Below the pieces are notes generated by a model. The model searched no databases, had not been told where the DNA came from, and worked only from the letters and a program-made list of their open reading frames with translations. A program made the position numbers and the translations under genes. Of a stretch of 57,941 nucleotides of DNA, positions 1 to 10,202 are shown one piece after another (within the stretch, counting starts at the first letter, position 1; each line of letters opens with the position of its first letter). This DNA comes from Candidatus Colwellbacteria bacterium CG10_big_fil_rev_8_21_14_0_10_42_22 (GTDB taxonomy: Bacteria; Patescibacteriota; Minisyncoccia; UBA6257; Colwellbacteraceae), in assembly GCA_002773725.1 (NCBI GenBank), contig PFAH01000010.1, positions 1-57,941 on the forward strand, given 5' to 3'.

Positions 1-129
1 ACCCTCGGGAAACAATAATTATTTTATTGTATTACCGGGGGGAGCGAGGAGATATATGAGGAACTTGTTTCTTCATATATTCCGAGCGAACCCTCGGAAA
101 ACAATAATTATTTTATTGTATTACCGGGG
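1..129. repeat. Two 40-bp palindromic direct repeats (1-40, 90-129) flanking a REP-like hairpin
   Basis: ACCCTCGG(G/A)AAACAATAATTATTTTATTGTATTACCGGGG occurs twice with 1 mismatch; the spacer contains an ATATATGAGGAAC/GTTTCTTCATATAT hairpin. May continue beyond the window edge. Confidence 0.85.
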
Positions 130-208
130 TAATTGTAATGTCTTTATTCTGCCGCCTAGTGGTTAGGGACTAGAAATTAGATTACTACCCAACACGCTAC
201 CTTTCAAG

Positions 209-1270
209 TTAATCCAACTCTTTATCCAAATCTTCAAGTAAATCTTTGGCTTTTTTACTTAATTTCCTGGGTGTTTTCGATTCAATTTTTACGACTAAAT
301 CTCCCCTACTGGTCATACCTTCGCCTTTTATTCTCACCTCATCGCCAATTTTAAATCCGGCTGGTATTTTGGTTACTATTTTTTTGCCCTCTAGATTATC
401 AACCTCTATTTCTTTGCCAAGCATTAAATCTACTAAACTCACTTCTAGGAACCTAAACAAATCGTGTCCTCTGCGTTCAAAGACCGGATGAGGTTGAATC
501 ATGATCCTGACATATAAATCACCACTAAGAGCGTTATTTTCGCCCGCTTCACCAGCACCAGCTAATTTAATAATCTGACCCGACTCTACTCCCGGTCTAA
601 TCTCTATTTTAGTTCTTTGAGATTTTTTGACCCTACCTTCTCCTTTACACATAGAGCATGGTTTCTCGGGCATCTCGCCTGCACCTTTACACTTTGGACA
701 ATTAGCGACTTGAGAAAATCCTCCAAAAAATGTGTTTCTAACTTCTTTGATACGCCCTTGTCCACTACAATAGTCACACTTTTTAAAAGCGATATTTTTC
801 TCGTGTCCTACTCCATCACATCCTTCGCACTTACTATACGTCTCATAGTTTAGTTCAATAACTTTGCCCTGTTTCGCTTCTTCTAAGCTAATCTCTGTCA
901 TTAACTCAACATCGGCACCCCTTTTATAAGTACGTCTTTTTTGATTAATACCCAACCCTTCAAAAAATGTGCTAAAAATATCTTCTATGTCGCCCAAATC
1001 TTCAAAACCGGTAAAATTAACATCCCAGTTAAAACCCTGACCCCCAGCAAATGGATTTGAGCCGTCAAAAACATTTCCATATTTATCATATTGATTACGC
1101 TTTTCGGCATTCGATAAAACCTGATAGGCCTCATTAATTTCTTTAAATTTAGAGTCGTCTCCTTTGCCCTTATCGGGATGATATTGATGAGCTAATTTGC
1201 GATATGCTTTTTTAATCTCATCTTGAGTAGCATCTTTGGGAACACCCAATGTATTGTAATAATCTTTCAT
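209..1270 (-). CDS. dnaJ: Chaperone DnaJ
   Basis: J-domain with HPD motif, G/F-rich region, four CxxCxGxG zinc motifs. Confidence 0.97.
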   Translation of the reverse strand: MKDYYNTLGVPKDATQDEIKKAYRKLAHQYHPDKGKGDDSKFKEINEAYQVLSNAEKRNQYDKYGNVFDGSNPFAGGQGFNWDVNFTGFEDLGDIEDIFSTFFEGLGINQKRRTYKRGADVELMTEISLEEAKQGKVIELNYETYSKCEGCDGVGHEKNIAFKKCDYCSGQGRIKEVRNTFFGGFSQVANCPKCKGAGEMPEKPCSMCKGEGRVKKSQRTKIEIRPGVESGQIIKLAGAGEAGENNALSGDLYVRIMIQPHPVFERRGHDLFRFLEVSLVDLMLGKEIEVDNLEGKKIVTKIPAGFKIGDEVRIKGEGMTSRGDLVVKIESKTPRKLSKKAKDLLEDLDKELD

Positions 1271-1316
1271 AAAGTCGTTAAACTATACTTATATACACGG
1301 CCGACAATCAAGAAGT

Positions 1317-2324
1317 TTAAGAAATGGTTAGAACCTCTTTATTGCGTGATTCAAATTGAACTACGATAAAACCAAAAGCAATTAGAAGCTCGTAAATAAT
1401 AAAACCTAGAAACGCCAGCGGGATATGGATTAAAAATTCCACACTCTTGACGGCTAGAATAAGGATTAATAGTAATAAAGCCAATCTAGTCGCCTGCGTT
1501 TGCTCTGACAAATCTTTCGTCTTAAATTCAATAAATGATTGGACGTTCTTAGTTAACGATTCATTTGTTTTAAGCTCGTACTTAAGGTAGTTCTCTGTTG
1601 ATTTTGACAATTCACTAACGAAAGTACGAATAGCAACTTCCTGTTGATATGCGGGCAACTTATTAAATCCGGGTATTTGGTTAGGCAATTTGTCTTTTGC
1701 ATAACCGCGCATAACCTCTTCTAGGGTGGTCTCGCTGGAGAAATTCTCCACCAAAGAGCCGAATATTGGCTTACCCACGAGTTCAACCATTCTAGCGACA
1801 CTTCTTTCTTCCACAAGCGTTTTGCCGTTAATAAACAAAATAGTGCCCGCATAAAGAGTTATTGCGATCAAAAGCAGTGTGATAGAAGGCCTGACTACTT
1901 TAAAAAACTTGATATGCACGGCCTGTTCTACTTCATAGCGTCCCTTAAAGTGAGAAATGGCGAATAATATAAAGAGCGCTATCCAAAGAGATGCTGTTAA
2001 GTTAAGCGATGTGCTGTATAAAAAAATGGAAAAACCGAGGGCGTTTAGAATAGAAACTGCGATGATTTGACCCGGCCTTCTTAAGAGTATTGATTGGATA
2101 GAGAAAAAAGCTATAAAGGCGAGTATCACAAATACGCCTGCAACGAATTGCCCCACGTCTATTAGATACCCAGCGATAAATGCCAGCAGGGTGGTGGCGC
2201 CTAAAATAGAATATATTTTAAAAAGAGAGATGGTATGACTGGCCGTCTTAATGGCCGACTTGTCTTTATTCATTAAACCGCCAATTAACTGATCTGGCGT
2301 CTTTCTCTTAAAGATTTCCTTCAT
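1317..2324 (-). CDS. Hypothetical multi-pass membrane protein between dnaK and dnaJ
   Basis: 335-aa ORF with several hydrophobic segments, 6 bp after the dnaK stop. Confidence 0.75.
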   Translation of the reverse strand: MKEIFKRKTPDQLIGGLMNKDKSAIKTASHTISLFKIYSILGATTLLAFIAGYLIDVGQFVAGVFVILAFIAFFSIQSILLRRPGQIIAVSILNALGFSIFLYSTSLNLTASLWIALFILFAISHFKGRYEVEQAVHIKFFKVVRPSITLLLIAITLYAGTILFINGKTLVEERSVARMVELVGKPIFGSLVENFSSETTLEEVMRGYAKDKLPNQIPGFNKLPAYQQEVAIRTFVSELSKSTENYLKYELKTNESLTKNVQSFIEFKTKDLSEQTQATRLALLLLILILAVKSVEFLIHIPLAFLGFIIYELLIAFGFIVVQFESRNKEVLTIS

Positions 2325-2330
2325 TAAAGA

Positions 2331-4208
2331 TTAGTCCTTTTTGGGTTCAGATGTATCCTCTCCCCCTTTTTCTTCGCCCGACTTCTTCTGACTATCTTTA
2401 TACAATATTTCGCCTATCTTTTGAAGAGAATTAGACAATCCTTCGGATTTATTTTTAATGTCTGTGCCATCTTCTCCAGTTAATGAATCTCTAAGATCTT
2501 TAATCTTGTCTTCTATCTCCTTACGCACCTCTATCGGCACTTTTTCTCCTCCTTCTTTGAGCGACTTCTCAGCAGTGTAAGCGAGGGCTTCGCCTTGATT
2601 ACGTATCTCTACTAATTCTCGTTTTTTCTTGTCTTCGCTGACGTGTTCAGCGGCTTCCTTTTTTAGTCGCTCAACTTCTTCTTTATTAAGCGAAGTAGAT
2701 GCTTCAATTTTTACGGACTGGCTTTTGCCTGTAGCCCTGTCAACTGCCTTAACATTTAGAATGCCATTAGCATCAATATCAAAAGTAACCTCTACTTGAG
2801 GAATACCTCTTGGTGATGGAGGTATGCCATCCAAGATGAATTTACCCAAGGTTTTGTTATCTGACGCCATTTCTCTTTCACCTTGTAATACATGCACCTC
2901 AACAGACGTTTGGTTATCAGCAGCAGTTGAAAAAGTTTGTGTTTTAGAGGTTGGAATGGTGGTGTTTTTCTCTATTAATTTTGTAGACACCCCCCCAAGT
3001 GTCTCTATGCCTAAAGAAAGTGGCGTTACATCCAATAAAAGCACGTCTTTCACATCGCCTTGCAAAATGCCCGCCTGGATAGCGGCTCCAGCGGCTACCA
3101 CTTCATCTGGATTGATACCCAAGTGTGGTTCTTTACCGAAAAGCTCTTTAACCGCATTTTGGATTGCCGGCATTCTCGTCTGGCCACCAACCATCACAAT
3201 TTCATCTATGTCTTCCAGTTTCATGCCCGCTCCTTTGGGGGTTGGAGAAGTAACGACTTCTTTAACTAAATCAATAGATCTTTTAATTAGTTCATTTGTA
3301 AGTTCTTCGAATTTGGCTCTAGTCAATTTGATTAAGAAGTGTTTAGGACCAGATGCGTCAGATGTAATGTATGGAAGATTTATCTCGGTCTCCATGGCCG
3401 TAGATAACTCATGTTTCGCTCTCTCGGCTGCCTCTTTGAGACGCTGAAGAGCCAAAGGGTCATGAGATATATCAATCCCCTCTTGTCTCTTATATTCTTC
3501 GACTAAATGATCAATGATAATTTGATCAAGGTCATCTCCGCCCAAGTGGGTATCTCCACCAGTTGCCTTCACCTCTACTGTGTTGTCGCCCACTTCCAAG
3601 ACAGAAATATCGAATGTGCCACCACCGAAATCATAGACCACAATCTGCTCATCTTTTTGCCTATCTAATCCATATGCTAGGGCAGCGGCAGTCGGCTCGT
3701 TAATGATTCTTTTTACCTTAAGGCCAGCTATCTCACCTGCGTTTTTAGTGGCCTGTCTTTGTGAGTCATCAAAGTAGGCGGGAACGGTAATGACCGCTTC
3801 TTCGATGCTCTCGCCCAGTTTTGCTTCGGCATCTTTTTTCATCTTAGCCAAAACCATAGCAGACACTTCTTCGGGCTTATGCCATTTGTTTCCCATCTTA
3901 ACCTCCACCCCGCCATCAGAAGATTCTCTTATTTCAAAAGAAGATACTTTTTGGTCTTTTTTAACTTCAGCGTCTGAAAACTTGCGACCAATTAAGCGCT
4001 TGATGGACGAAACAGTATTATTGGGATTAGTGATTGATTGCCTCTTGGCTAGAAGCCCAACCAATCTTTCGTCTGATTTAGAAATAGCTACCACTGATGG
4101 AGTGGTGCGGTTGCCCTCCGCGTTCTCTAATATCTTTGGCTCTCCACCTTCAATAACGGCCATAGCCGAGTTCGTTGTGCCTAAATCAATGCCTAATATT
4201 TTGCTCAT
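2331..4208 (-). CDS. dnaK: Chaperone DnaK (Hsp70)
   Basis: [17 protein letters not shown] and VGGQTRMP motifs. Confidence 0.99.
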   Translation of the reverse strand: MSKILGIDLGTTNSAMAVIEGGEPKILENAEGNRTTPSVVAISKSDERLVGLLAKRQSITNPNNTVSSIKRLIGRKFSDAEVKKDQKVSSFEIRESSDGGVEVKMGNKWHKPEEVSAMVLAKMKKDAEAKLGESIEEAVITVPAYFDDSQRQATKNAGEIAGLKVKRIINEPTAAALAYGLDRQKDEQIVVYDFGGGTFDISVLEVGDNTVEVKATGGDTHLGGDDLDQIIIDHLVEEYKRQEGIDISHDPLALQRLKEAAERAKHELSTAMETEINLPYITSDASGPKHFLIKLTRAKFEELTNELIKRSIDLVKEVVTSPTPKGAGMKLEDIDEIVMVGGQTRMPAIQNAVKELFGKEPHLGINPDEVVAAGAAIQAGILQGDVKDVLLLDVTPLSLGIETLGGVSTKLIEKNTTIPTSKTQTFSTAADNQTSVEVHVLQGEREMASDNKTLGKFILDGIPPSPRGIPQVEVTFDIDANGILNVKAVDRATGKSQSVKIEASTSLNKEEVERLKKEAAEHVSEDKKKRELVEIRNQGEALAYTAEKSLKEGGEKVPIEVRKEIEDKIKDLRDSLTGEDGTDIKNKSEGLSNSLQKIGEILYKDSQKKSGEEKGGEDTSEPKKD

Positions 4209-4213
4209 CTTTT

Positions 4214-4753
4214 TTATTTCTTACTTTTATAAACCTTTACTTTAGATGCTCTTAGAACTCTTTCATTTAGAGCATATCCCGTCTCTACTTCCTCCGCTAT
4301 TTTGCCATCATTTTTATCATTTCCTTCAACTGATGTAATGGCTTCATGAAAAGCAGGATCAAAATTATCCCCTTCTTTGGCCTCTATCCTTTCAAGCCCG
4401 TACTTTTTCATCACATTCTCTAATTGACTTTTAATAAGATGGATTCCTTTTTCAACCTGTTTTGACTCAGTTGAGTCGGAGCGAACAGGACTGGCCTTCT
4501 CGAGGGCTAAAATACCTAATTCGAAGCTATCAACGACCCTTATTAAGTCCATCAAGATCTCTGTATTGGCGAATTTAGCAACCTCTTCTAATCGTTTGAA
4601 CTCGTCTTTCTTATAGTTTGAAAGATCTGCTTTAGCTCTTTGCCAACCAGCAAGATACTCGTCGCATTGCCTCTGAAGATCTTTAACCTTTTCTATCTTT
4701 TTATCTTCTTGCCCTGGATGGGCTGAATGGTTTTTGTAATCTTTTTGAGTCAT
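4214..4753 (-). CDS. grpE: Nucleotide exchange factor GrpE
   Basis: [11 protein letters not shown] coiled coil, FDPAFHEA and [14 protein letters not shown] motifs; upstream of dnaK. Confidence 0.95.
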   Translation of the reverse strand: MTQKDYKNHSAHPGQEDKKIEKVKDLQRQCDEYLAGWQRAKADLSNYKKDEFKRLEEVAKFANTEILMDLIRVVDSFELGILALEKASPVRSDSTESKQVEKGIHLIKSQLENVMKKYGLERIEAKEGDNFDPAFHEAITSVEGNDKNDGKIAEEVETGYALNERVLRASKVKVYKSKK

Positions 4754-4793
4754 TTCAGCAATACAAAAATAAGAAACGTGCCACCTTCTGTCA

Positions 4794-4863
4794 ACCCCGT
4801 TAGAGATAAGACACCCTAGGTGTCCGACAGTTGTCTTGGAGACAACTTGGCTCTAAACGGGGT
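4794..4863. repeat. REP-like composite palindrome
   Basis: ACCCCGTTAGAG...CTCTAAACGGGGT outer inverted repeat with inner hairpins GACACC-CTA-GGTGTC and GTTGTCT-TGG-AGACAAC. Confidence 0.75.
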
Positions 4864-4893
4864 AAACCCGACATACCCACTCTATATATAACC

Positions 4894-5496
4894 CTACCCC
4901 CTTCCCTCTATAGCCCCACCCAAGGTTTCGTCATCAGCGAATTCTATTTCACCGCTTGAAGGGATACCAATACCGAGGCGCGTTACCTTATCCACAAAGC
5001 TCTCCAACTCTTTAGCTATTTGGTTGGTTATAAAGTCACTTTGAGGAGTTGGATTAAATGCCACCACCACTTCTCTCGCCCGACCACTCAAACTTTTGCT
5101 TATCCACGATTTCAAGCTCTTGAGCTTAAGTTTTTGATCTGCCTCCAACATCCCTCCTCTTCCAAGCTCACCCAACACTAAATATCTCCCCCTAAACTTC
5201 CCCGTATTTTCAATCGACATTAAGTCCGTCTCTTTTTCCACAATAGCGATAATACTTTTGTCTCGAGTGTCATCGTTACAAATATCACAGAGAGAATCTT
5301 TGTTCTCATGGACATAGAAGCACTGGCTGCAAATTTTGGCGGATCTTAAATCACGAACAGAATCTTCTAATTCTCTTTGAAAACCTTCGCCCTGACGAAT
5401 CAAGTGAAAAGCAAGACGAATCGCCTGTCTGGGACCAATACCCGGTAGAGAAGCAAGGATGTCCACTAACCTTTTAATTCCCTTCGGGGTTCTCAT
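4894..5496 (-). CDS. recR: Recombination protein RecR
   Basis: LPGIGPRQAIRLAFHL HhH motif, C4 zinc finger, TOPRIM domain. Confidence 0.93.
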   Translation of the reverse strand: MRTPKGIKRLVDILASLPGIGPRQAIRLAFHLIRQGEGFQRELEDSVRDLRSAKICSQCFYVHENKDSLCDICNDDTRDKSIIAIVEKETDLMSIENTGKFRGRYLVLGELGRGGMLEADQKLKLKSLKSWISKSLSGRAREVVVAFNPTPQSDFITNQIAKELESFVDKVTRLGIGIPSSGEIEFADDETLGGAIEGRG

Positions 5497-6838
5497 GTTT
5501 CTTATCTAAACTTCTAAAGCTCACTTTTTGTTTATCCCAAAAAAGACGCACCGTCCCTAGGGGTCCATTTCTGTGCTTGGCCACAATGATTTCGGTAATA
5601 TTCTCATCTTCAGTTGGTATGTCTACCCTTCCCTTATCCTTGGGGTGAACGAAAAGCACTACATCAGCATCCTGCTCGATAGAGCCGGATTCCCTAAGGT
5701 CAGAAAGTCGAGGAATTTTGACTTCTCTTTGTTCTACACCGCGCGAGAGCTGTGAAACTGCCAATACCGGCACATCTAATTCTCTAGCAATTCCTTTAAG
5801 TCCTCGTGATATTTCTGTTACCTGTTGAACGCTGTTGTCTATTCCTCTTCTTGGTTGAATCAATTGCAGATAATCAACAACTATTAGAGCTAGACCGTTG
5901 TGCTCTGCTTGAAGACGTCTGGCCATAGCTCGCATTTGAATAACCGTTGGCGATGGGGTGTCGTCTATAAAAAGAGGAGTTTCAGATAATTTATGCAATG
6001 CTGTCTGAATCATTTCAAAATCTAAATCATCCTTGAGGCGTCCGGTTCTAAGCTTCCACAGGTCAACTTGAGCTTCGGCTGCGATCATCCTGTCTAGAAC
6101 CTGCTCCTTGCTCATTTCCAATGAAAAGACCCCAACTGGCGCTTTTAGATCAGAGGCGATATGCCTAGCTATATCGAGAACAAAGGCCGTTTTTCCATAT
6201 GATGGTCTAGCTCCGACAATTATAAGGTCGGATCTTTGAAGGCCGGATAAAATGCTGTCTAGGTCATGAAAACCGGTTGGCACTCCCCTAAACCTCTCTC
6301 CTCCACCCTCGTGAAGTTTTTCAATACGTTCATAGGCCTTCTTAAGCTCATCGCGAAGGGGTGCGAAGTTTTTGGAAACAGATTGTTGAGAAACCGCAAA
6401 TACTTTCTTCTCAACATTATCTAGAAAATCATCCAGCTCTCCCTCTGATGCGAAAGCATCTTCTGCGATAGCTGCCGATATGTTAATCAACTCCCGTAAG
6501 ATTCTTTTTTCCTTAACTATCTTTCCGTAATGAAGAACATGCGAAGCGGTGGGTACTGAATTAACTAAATCTGTAAGATAACTGGAACCACCAATATCTT
6601 GAATTTCGCCCGTCTTTTTAAGCTCGGAAGTAACACTCAATATATCTATCGGTTCTCGTTTATCCCAAAGACGCAAAATGGCTTCGTACACAACGCCGTG
6701 GGACTTTTTGTAAAAATCCTCACTACGCAATAAATCTGCCACCGAAGCAACGGCGTTCTTATCAAGCATTAAGGCACCTAAAACCGACTGTTCGGCTTCT
6801 AGGTCTTGGGGTGGGACTTTCGGTTTCTGTTTGGCCAT
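5474..6838 (-). CDS. dnaB: Replicative DNA helicase DnaB
   Basis: PPQDLEAEQSVLG, GARPSYGKT Walker A, VDYLQL, DLRESGSIEQDAD. Confidence 0.98.
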   Translation of the reverse strand: MAKQKPKVPPQDLEAEQSVLGALMLDKNAVASVADLLRSEDFYKKSHGVVYEAILRLWDKREPIDILSVTSELKKTGEIQDIGGSSYLTDLVNSVPTASHVLHYGKIVKEKRILRELINISAAIAEDAFASEGELDDFLDNVEKKVFAVSQQSVSKNFAPLRDELKKAYERIEKLHEGGGERFRGVPTGFHDLDSILSGLQRSDLIIVGARPSYGKTAFVLDIARHIASDLKAPVGVFSLEMSKEQVLDRMIAAEAQVDLWKLRTGRLKDDLDFEMIQTALHKLSETPLFIDDTPSPTVIQMRAMARRLQAEHNGLALIVVDYLQLIQPRRGIDNSVQQVTEISRGLKGIARELDVPVLAVSQLSRGVEQREVKIPRLSDLRESGSIEQDADVVLFVHPKDKGRVDIPTEDENITEIIVAKHRNGPLGTVRLFWDKQKVSFRSLDKKHENPEGN

Positions 6839-8193
6839 ACAAAGGGTCCGTATGATGTGTCTTCTATATCGTATCCTAACGACTTCACTTTATTTCTCAA
6901 AGTGTCCGCCTTAACAAACTGTTGATTGTGTCTAATAATCTCTCTTCCACTAACTAGCGTCTTTATATGAAGGGGTGTTTTATACAACTTATCTGCATTT
7001 TTGAGATTTAGACCAAAGACCCTATCCATCTCAAAACATAAATCGCGTCTATCTTCCGGCGATATATCCTTGTCGGTGATAATGCGCCTTAAAATTGCTA
7101 GCCCTTCGGAAATATTCAAATCGTCTTCAATCGCCTCTTTAAAACGTGCTTTATATTCTTTGACTTTATTGACTTTGGTTTTGATACTTTCTTTTTGACC
7201 AACGAACTTTAATCTTCCGAGCTCGCGCCACAAATTCCAAACTGCGTTGTCGGCTCCTTCAATTGAGCGCCAAGTGAAATTTAGTTTTGATTTATAGTGA
7301 GCTCCTAAAACTAGATACCTAAAAGCAACTGGCATAAAACCCTTATTTTCTATATCTCGTAGAGTATAAAAATTTTTTAGAGATTTTGACATTTTCTCAC
7401 CGCCCACAATTAAGTGTTCTCCGTGTATCCAATAATTTACAAATTTTTTACCGGTAACGCTTTCGGATTGGGCAATTTCGTTTTCGTGATGAGGAAAGAT
7501 GTTATCTACTCCCCCGGTATGAATATCAATGGTCTCACCCAAATACTTCATACTCATCACCGAACACTCTATATGCCAACCCGGCCTACCTGTACCCCAG
7601 GGGCTCTTCCACGATGGCTCTCCTTTCTTTTTAGCTTTCCAGAGAACAAAATCCTGCGCCTCCTTCTTGTCATATTCATCCAAAGAAATCCTAACTCCAT
7701 CTCGTACTTTGATGTTTTTGAGGCCGATGAGTCTTCCGTATTTTTTATATTTAGAAATATCAAAATAGACGGACCCGTCTCTGCCTTGATAAGCGAATCC
7801 CTTATCCATTAACTTGCGAATAAGTTGAATCATTTCCTTGATATGATTCGTGGCTAGTGGATAGGTGTGCGCCGGCTCTATATTAAGAGAGGCGATGTCG
7901 TCAAAAAATTCTTTGATATAGGACTTAGTAACTTCTTGCAGGGTTTTTTTCTCACTGATGGCCTTTTTAATAACCTTGTCTTCTATGTCCGTAATATTCA
8001 TTACCTGCCGAACTTCATATCCCAAAAATTCTAAAGAACGCCTCAGAACATCTTCAAAAATATAAGTTCTTAGGTTTCCAATATGAGCAGTATCATAAAC
8101 CGTCGGCCCACAAGTATAGAGCCCAATGGATTTCTTTTTGATAGGTCTGAATACTTCCTTTTTACGTGTAAGTGTATTGTATAGCTTTAACAT
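6799..8193 (-). CDS. cysS: Cysteine--tRNA ligase
   Basis: CGPTVY, HIGN, GRPGWHIECS and KMSKS motifs. Confidence 0.98.
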   Translation of the reverse strand: MLKLYNTLTRKKEVFRPIKKKSIGLYTCGPTVYDTAHIGNLRTYIFEDVLRRSLEFLGYEVRQVMNITDIEDKVIKKAISEKKTLQEVTKSYIKEFFDDIASLNIEPAHTYPLATNHIKEMIQLIRKLMDKGFAYQGRDGSVYFDISKYKKYGRLIGLKNIKVRDGVRISLDEYDKKEAQDFVLWKAKKKGEPSWKSPWGTGRPGWHIECSVMSMKYLGETIDIHTGGVDNIFPHHENEIAQSESVTGKKFVNYWIHGEHLIVGGEKMSKSLKNFYTLRDIENKGFMPVAFRYLVLGAHYKSKLNFTWRSIEGADNAVWNLWRELGRLKFVGQKESIKTKVNKVKEYKARFKEAIEDDLNISEGLAILRRIITDKDISPEDRRDLCFEMDRVFGLNLKNADKLYKTPLHIKTLVSGREIIRHNQQFVKADTLRNKVKSLGYDIEDTSYGPFVWPNRNRKSHPKT

Positions 8194-8220
8194 CTCTTTT
8201 AAAGTATATCACGACAAAAA

Positions 8221-8249
8221 AAATAACCGGCTCTCTTAGCCGGTTATTT
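8221..8249 (-). terminator. Intrinsic terminator overlapping the rplU stop codon
   Basis: AAATAACCGGCT-CTCTT-AGCCGGTTATTT, followed by a U-tract on the minus strand. Confidence 0.75.
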
Positions 8250-8553
8250 TTGTGATTTCTAGTTCGGTGTGTGTCTGTCTGTGTCCGCCTTTCACTCTAT
8301 ATCTTTTCTTGGGTTTATATTTAAAAACTACAACCTTCTTGCCCCTTTTATCACCCAATATCTTGGCTTCTACTTTTGCTTTTTCTAGATAGGGGGTTCC
8401 TATTTTTGTGTCTTTCCCATCGTCTATTAGAAGCACCCTGTCAAACACAAAATCAGCGCCCTCTTCCGCTTCAAGTTTTTCAACCTTAATTTTCTGACCA
8501 ACTTCCACCCTGTATTGTTTAGAGCCGGTCTCTATAACTGCAAATTGACTCAT
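8236..8553 (-). CDS. rplU: 50S ribosomal protein L21
   Basis: FAVIETGSKQY and KGGHRQ motifs; start trimmed to MSQFAV. Confidence 0.97.
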   Translation of the reverse strand: MSQFAVIETGSKQYRVEVGQKIKVEKLEAEEGADFVFDRVLLIDDGKDTKIGTPYLEKAKVEAKILGDKRGKKVVVFKYKPKKRYRVKGGHRQTHTELEITKITG

Positions 8554-8690
8554 AATAAATTTCTGCAAGCTCGCCCATTAACGAACGAGCACAACGAAAA
8601 CATCATATATGCTTATATGTCTCCTTTCAAGTATGCCCGACGTTTCTTTTCCGGAAACTACTCTGTAGCATAACGAAGCATGGCACGATA
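8554..8690 (-). ncRNA. Candidate L21-leader-like structured 5' UTR
   Basis: 158-bp non-coding gap with a GCUCGUUC/GGGCGAGC hairpin just upstream of the rplU start; resemblance recalled, not computed. Confidence 0.4.
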
Positions 8691-8711
8691 CATTGTTTTA
8701 CCAAAATTTGT

Positions 8712-9044
8712 TTAGTTAATTAAAGCAATAGCTCCTGTGGCTATTAAGAAAAGCAAAGTAATGGCAGTGTTGCCAACAGCTAAAACATAAGAGAGGAATT
8801 TTTCTTTATCGTATACGTATTTTGCTAATACTAAATTTATGACAGATATTGCCAATACTGTTCCTAAAATGCCGTAATAGATAGCTATACTCCCAGTCCA
8901 AATGACTTCGTTGTGGAAATTGTCAAAACGTAAAATCAAATCTCCTGAGCCAGTCGGGAGTCCTAAAAAGGCGATAACACCACCGATGACTATAAACGAT
9001 AAACTAAGAGAAAATGTATAAACTATTGTTTTATCTTGTCTCAC
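8712..9044 (-). CDS. Hypothetical small membrane protein
   Basis: Three hydrophobic segments; GTG start overlaps the upstream stop (GTGA). Confidence 0.7.
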   Translation of the reverse strand: MRQDKTIVYTFSLSLSFIVIGGVIAFLGLPTGSGDLILRFDNFHNEVIWTGSIAIYYGILGTVLAISVINLVLAKYVYDKEKFLSYVLAVGNTAITLLFLIATGAIALIN

Positions 9045-10009
9045 TGGATAAATTTTTTGAATTCTTCCACCATTGGAACTTGCTCTGGTTCCGTACCGTA
9101 TTTTTTTGCTGTATAGAAAGAGAACCAATCACCCAAGATTAACGTATTAAATATTCTCTCTAGCTTGGTGTCCCCCTTTACGACCACGTTTTCTACGTCC
9201 AATCTCCTCTCTCCATACATTTTCTCTAAAACATCCATGCGTTTTTTGGTGCGCGAATAGTCGTCTTTATCGCGTAGAAATATAAAATGGATTTGAGAAG
9301 AGAGTTCTTTATTTGAGTTCTGAATATCAAATCCGTTCATTTCGTTGTGGTTGAGTTCTGGGAATGTATTATAGAAAGCCGGGATTTTGCCCGTTTCATT
9401 AAGCTTTATTTTCCAATTATAGGCGAGTATTTGATTGGCTCTAGAGGCATAAATGACGGGGATTTTTTTAAATAACTTATCTGCGAGTTCCCGCCCATCC
9501 TCTTCACGTTGACCGGCATCTAAGATTTTTACTAAACTGCCGACTTCTTCAAAAAGCTCGTCTTCTCCAAGTAATTTAAGCATCGCTCTCAACATGTACC
9601 CCAAAGCCATCCTAGGTTGGATGTCGTCTCCGGGGAGATCTATGTAGGGAAGCCCCTTCTTCTTGGCTAGCTCTAAAAGCTTCCCTCCGGAAGCAATAAT
9701 GGCTGTTGAAAAATTATTGTCTATAGCGCTTCTACAGAAATCGAGTGTTTCTTCCGTATTACCAGAATGAGAGATGGCAATGAATAAGCGCTTGCTTGCA
9801 TCTTTTTTAACGAAGGTCGGCAATCCATATTCATGATGGGCTACAATATCTAATCCTGGTTTTAGGGCACGAAGAATTCCGGCTACTAATCCTGATCCAC
9901 CCATTCCACCAATAACTATTGTCTCAAAATCGCCGAGCTTATTGGCATTTCCAATCTCTGGTTTATAAGCAAACTGTTTTGAAAATTCACGTATATCCTT
10001 TTCTATCAT
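9041..10009 (-). CDS. Bifunctional phosphoglucose/phosphomannose isomerase (SIS domain)
   Basis: GMGGSG, SHSGNTEET, WKIKLNETGK and PELNHNE motifs; ATG at 10009 preferred over TTG at 10012. Confidence 0.9.
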   Translation of the reverse strand: MIEKDIREFSKQFAYKPEIGNANKLGDFETIVIGGMGGSGLVAGILRALKPGLDIVAHHEYGLPTFVKKDASKRLFIAISHSGNTEETLDFCRSAIDNNFSTAIIASGGKLLELAKKKGLPYIDLPGDDIQPRMALGYMLRAMLKLLGEDELFEEVGSLVKILDAGQREEDGRELADKLFKKIPVIYASRANQILAYNWKIKLNETGKIPAFYNTFPELNHNEMNGFDIQNSNKELSSQIHFIFLRDKDDYSRTKKRMDVLEKMYGERRLDVENVVVKGDTKLERIFNTLILGDWFSFYTAKKYGTEPEQVPMVEEFKKFIQ

Positions 10010-10041
10010 CAAATTAATTCTACACCGAGTTTATAAAAATG

Positions 10042-10113
10042 TGACCCCACGGGGAATCGAACCCCGATTTCAAGCTTGAGAAGCTTGCGTCCTAGCCGTT
10101 AGACGATGGGGCC
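10042..10113 (-). tRNA. tRNA-Glu(CTC)
   Basis: Cloverleaf GGCCCCA/TGGGGTC; anticodon arm CAAGC-TTCTCAA-GCTTG; GGTTCGATTCC T-loop. Confidence 0.95.
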
Positions 10114-10177
10114 GTCCTTCGCTTTATCAAGCTACGGATCGACAGGCCTTTCTTCGCTAACTACGAAATGGTAGGCC
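10112..10177. repeat. Tandem CTTCGCT..(G)CTACG REP-like elements 5' of tRNA-Glu
   Basis: Similar motifs at 43039-43080 and 49720-49746. Confidence 0.55.
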
Positions 10178-10202
10178 AAACGGCAAACAGATTATTCCAA
10201 AT

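Noticed and set aside
1-129. CRISPR array
   Set aside because: Only two copies, the spacer is itself a palindrome, and no cas genes are present.
3222-3250. Coding REP in dnaK (SPTPKGAG)
   Set aside because: May be a short insertion, but DNA self-complementarity is weak and it cannot be supported without an alignment.
4754-4793. CIRCE (HrcA) operator or sigma54 promoter upstream of grpE (TGGCACG)
   Set aside because: Only a half-site; no GAGTGCTAA at 9-bp spacing and no TTGC at -12. A TTGACA box explains the region.
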